This document shows, piece after piece, positions 59,837 to 62,643 of a DNA stretch of 62,643 bases. How positions within the stretch are numbered: position 1 is the first letter of the stretch; the number at the start of each line of letters is the position of its first letter. This DNA is from an uncultured Deferribacteres bacterium (GTDB lineage: Bacteria; Zhuqueibacterota; Zhuqueibacteria; Zhuqueibacterales; Geothermadaptataceae). The stretch spans positions 1-62,643 of the forward strand of contig CAXHAT010000013.1 in NCBI GenBank assembly GCA_964014485.1, given 5' to 3'. Under the pieces are notes generated by a model. The model had not been told where the DNA came from. It saw nothing but the letters and a program-made list of their open reading frames with translations, and did not search any database. Both the position numbers and the translations under genes were made by a program.

Positions 59837-60793
59837 ATGACAGCGACAATTAAAAACGGTTTATTGTTGCTGGGATTTATCCTAATCATTGCACCGGAAA
59901 CCCATTGGGCGCAATCAGCAAGCAACGCACATCGGCACTATTTGCCAGTACTAAAAACAGCGAACTGCAATCCTAAGAAAGGGGTGGCGCTTGCTTATGG
60001 CTGGGCTGCCAATCCAATGGGGCAGGATATTTTGTGTACCGGCACACAGATGCGCTGGGAGATTCAGAACAGTGGCAATAATCGCTCTAGGGAATTGCAA
60101 ACATGGTGGGACGATTGCTGGCCTTCAACAGAGGAATGCACAGTTGATTATTTTGCTGACTTGCTTTGGCTAGCCGCTCAAACCGATTACAGCCAAATGA
60201 TAACTCATAACGGCTACCCTGTGGTTAAATTCCTGAATGAGCCGGATAACGCCAGTCAGGCGGCACGCTCTCCACAGGAAGCGGTGGAGCTGTATCGGCA
60301 GGTTGTTGCAATTTGCCCTCATTGCGTTTTCACACTCCCCGCTATCAGTGCCTTTGACCATTTCTGCGACTGGCCAGAGCGGGAATGGTTGCCATTCCAT
60401 GACGATATTATTGACGGCGGTGAGTGGTGTTGGTCGAGGGCGTTTCTGGCGGGGCTGGAACCGCATGAGCGGGATAATTTCGAGGTGTGCAACGTTCATC
60501 ATTACTACTCAAATATCCGTCATGAGTTACGGCGCAACATAGCACCCTTGGAACCGGCTGACTCGCTGGCGGCTGTTGTTGGATGCTCTTATTTCGTTAT
60601 CAGCGAATATGGCACCTGTGACCCTGCATGGATGACCGCGCTAACCAATGCCTACAATGCTGATGAGCGCGTGATTGCGTTTTACGCCTACACAGTCAAC
60701 AAACCAGACAACACCTGTGACGTGTTGATGAACTGGCACACAGGTCAATTGACAGACGTTGGCAGGGCGTTTGCAGAGGCGGGTAATAACTGA
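59837..60793 (+). CDS. Secreted GH128/Glyco_hydro_cc-like glycoside hydrolase
   Basis: Signal peptide, HYLPVLK, KKGVA, FLNEPD, NVHHY, ISEYG, GQLTDVG. Confidence 0.8.
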   Translation: MTATIKNGLLLLGFILIIAPETHWAQSASNAHRHYLPVLKTANCNPKKGVALAYGWAANPMGQDILCTGTQMRWEIQNSGNNRSRELQTWWDDCWPSTEECTVDYFADLLWLAAQTDYSQMITHNGYPVVKFLNEPDNASQAARSPQEAVELYRQVVAICPHCVFTLPAISAFDHFCDWPEREWLPFHDDIIDGGEWCWSRAFLAGLEPHERDNFEVCNVHHYYSNIRHELRRNIAPLEPADSLAAVVGCSYFVISEYGTCDPAWMTALTNAYNADERVIAFYAYTVNKPDNTCDVLMNWHTGQLTDVGRAFAEAGNN

Positions 60794-60906
60794 TGATGCC
60801 GGTGAGCAGAGCAGAGAAAAGACGGCTGGCTGTGTTGGGCGTGGTGTTGATTGTTTGCAGCATGATACTGTTCGCGCTGTCGCTGGGGGCGTGGTTGGGT
60901 TAGAAC

Positions 60907-61248
60907 ATGGATTTTTTACTTGTAGCTTACAACAACACACCCGCTATTCTTACAGCATTGCCCTTTGCAGCCTGCGCGGTTGGCTTAGTTATGATTTGGT
61001 GGAAATACGTACGTCACATCGCATTACTGGCTATATCATCAATCATGGTTGCTGAGTGTGCCATATACATGTTGTTGCAGTGGCCTCCTAGCTGGTGGCC
61101 TGTTTGGGGCAGGGCAATATTTCGTGCCACTCAATCATATGAAGGAATAGTTATGTTTGCGCTTGTCACGTGGCTCTTGATTGCAAACAAGCCGTACCTT
61201 GTCGTGTTGCGCGAACTAAAAAAGGCGGCTGAAGACAATGGACGCTGA
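60907..61248 (+). CDS. Membrane protein (3 TM)
   Basis: Hydrophobic segments; lysis region. Confidence 0.65.
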   Translation: MDFLLVAYNNTPAILTALPFAACAVGLVMIWWKYVRHIALLAISSIMVAECAIYMLLQWPPSWWPVWGRAIFRATQSYEGIVMFALVTWLLIANKPYLVVLRELKKAAEDNGR

Positions 61249-61747
61249 AACCGTTTTGACATATGTGCAATTGCTGGTTTTGCCAGTGGCTCTTGCAATC
61301 ATTGCCTACTTTGGCAAGAAGCAGGCTGCGCAGATTGCCGCAGAACCGGAGGCGGACAAGGCCCTTGCTCAACTTGCAGCAACCTTGAGCAAGGGAGCCG
61401 AGCAATTAATTGAACCATTACAAAACCGACTACAGGCTGAAATAACACAAAGGGCTGAAGCCGAAATGAAACTCTCCGCACTGGAACAACGCATGGAAGA
61501 AATGGAGAAAAGAGCGAGGGCGCAAGACGCCAAGCTCAGAAAGCAAGAGTCGCAAATCAAGCAGCAGAATGAAGAAATTAAACGCCAGAAGGCGCGTGTT
61601 GCTGAATTGGAGAAAAAGGAAATCATCGCTAGAGAGCGAGCCAAAGAGCTTGAAATAGAGAACGCCGCTTTCGAGAGAAAGATAGGGCGCATTTTAGACG
61701 CAGTAGAGGACACGAGTCCTCTATCGCCAACAAAGGGTAAAAAGTAA
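61238..61747 (+). CDS. Single-TM coiled-coil protein (lysis accessory)
   Basis: N-terminal TM and long heptad region. Confidence 0.7.
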   Translation: MDAETVLTYVQLLVLPVALAIIAYFGKKQAAQIAAEPEADKALAQLAATLSKGAEQLIEPLQNRLQAEITQRAEAEMKLSALEQRMEEMEKRARAQDAKLRKQESQIKQQNEEIKRQKARVAELEKKEIIARERAKELEIENAAFERKIGRILDAVEDTSPLSPTKGKK

Positions 61748-62058
61748 TGGAACGTAGCATAAAAAACACACTGTATTCACTACTGACCAGTCGCAAATTC
61801 TGGTTGGCTTTTATTGCCGCTGTTGTGGCAATTGTTTTGTATGTCAACGGGGCAATTACGGCGGAACAGTTGGCTGAGACGTTTACTGTTTTAGGTGGGG
61901 TTTTGGTCGCTGCAATTGCGGCTGAGGACTCGGCGGAAAAGTTTAACCGCCCCACCATCAACGCCCCATCATCTTGGACGACAACAACCAACACCCCGTC
62001 AAATTGGACAACAACGACAACCACGGCAGACATTGACCCGCCGTCAGCAGTAGAGTAA
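61747..62058 (+). CDS. Holin-like protein
   Basis: LLTSRKFW plus 2 TM. Confidence 0.7.
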   Translation: MERSIKNTLYSLLTSRKFWLAFIAAVVAIVLYVNGAITAEQLAETFTVLGGVLVAAIAAEDSAEKFNRPTINAPSSWTTTTNTPSNWTTTTTTADIDPPSAVE

Positions 62059-62246
62059 TCAACAAAACACTACACCTAACAATGAGGCAACATTATGATG
62101 AAACAAGAGGACGTACTAAGCGCGTTCGCCGCCATGTCGTCAGCGGTGGCAGCAATTACGTCCACGATATTCAGCAGTGGTTTAGAGCAAATAACAGAAC
62201 TTAAAAACATTGTCGTTGCATCGAATCTAACAACGGAGACAAAATC

Positions 62247-62486
62247 ATGACACCAAAACAATGGCAACACGCCTGCAATTCAGCCAATGCAGGTGTTGCT
62301 GAAAAACACGCGCACGAGCAAGACATACGCAAGGAGATTCAGTCACTAAAAGAGGAGTTGCTAAGGTTGCAACAAGCCCTGAAAGCGGCTGTAAGGGAGT
62401 CAGAGGAGCAGCTCCTTTTTGCTAACGCACTAAGAGAGGCCGCGCTAGAAAGTGGCGTTGACCCTGATTTGCTACAGGTGCTGTAA
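62247..62486 (+). CDS. Hypothetical coiled-coil protein
   Basis: GGAG RBS; ATGA-coupled to a 51-aa ORF at 62095-62250. Confidence 0.55.
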   Translation: MTPKQWQHACNSANAGVAEKHAHEQDIRKEIQSLKEELLRLQQALKAAVRESEEQLLFANALREAALESGVDPDLLQVL

Positions 62487-62588
62487 TGATGCACAGGCCA
62501 TACAGTGACGAGGTTTTCAAAGCTGAAGCCCCTGTGTTTGTTCGGAATTATGTAGCGAACAGAGTATACAAAAAGGTATGTATAGGGG

Positions 62589-62643
62589 TTTTGGTTGTTG
62601 TTCGAGGGTATTTGGAAGTTACTGACAATCAAGACCGAATTAC
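62589..62643. repeat. Terminal direct repeat (copy 2)
   Basis: Identical to 1-55. Confidence 0.95.

Overview
The window is a complete, circularly assembled genome (about 62,588 bp) of a tailed dsDNA phage with a long non-contractile tail. The first 55 nt repeat at 62589-62643 and one ORF reads through the junction. It is probably temperate: it has a tyrosine integrase but no cI-like repressor was recognised. The host is most likely a Chloroflexota bacterium, inferred from a YLPVLK motif in a secreted protein and a Pro/Thr-rich membrane protein. Layout: end of lysis module (242-3199); short leftward operon with operator region (3637-5476); structured non-coding block (5.7-6.35 kb); integrase; a long rightward early region (8-41 kb) with two DNA methyltransferases, ERF, HAD phosphatase plus Rnl1-type RNA ligase, primase, initiator with iterons, helicases, VRR-NUC, dCTP deaminase-like enzyme, a three-gene membrane cassette and tRNA-His; then terminase, portal, protease-capsid fusion, tail genes and lysis genes. 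Most unusual observation: nearly every leftward gene embedded in the rightward early region is spanned on the + strand by stop-free, start/stop-overlapped antisense ORFs (up to 850 codons), two of which fuse in frame into the next real gene. Other highlights are five ribbon-helix-helix/divergent-promoter modules, three leaders with mutually exclusive pairings, a hairpin and tRNA-like RNA cluster, and several deletion scars. All protein calls come from motifs recognised by eye; no database search was run.
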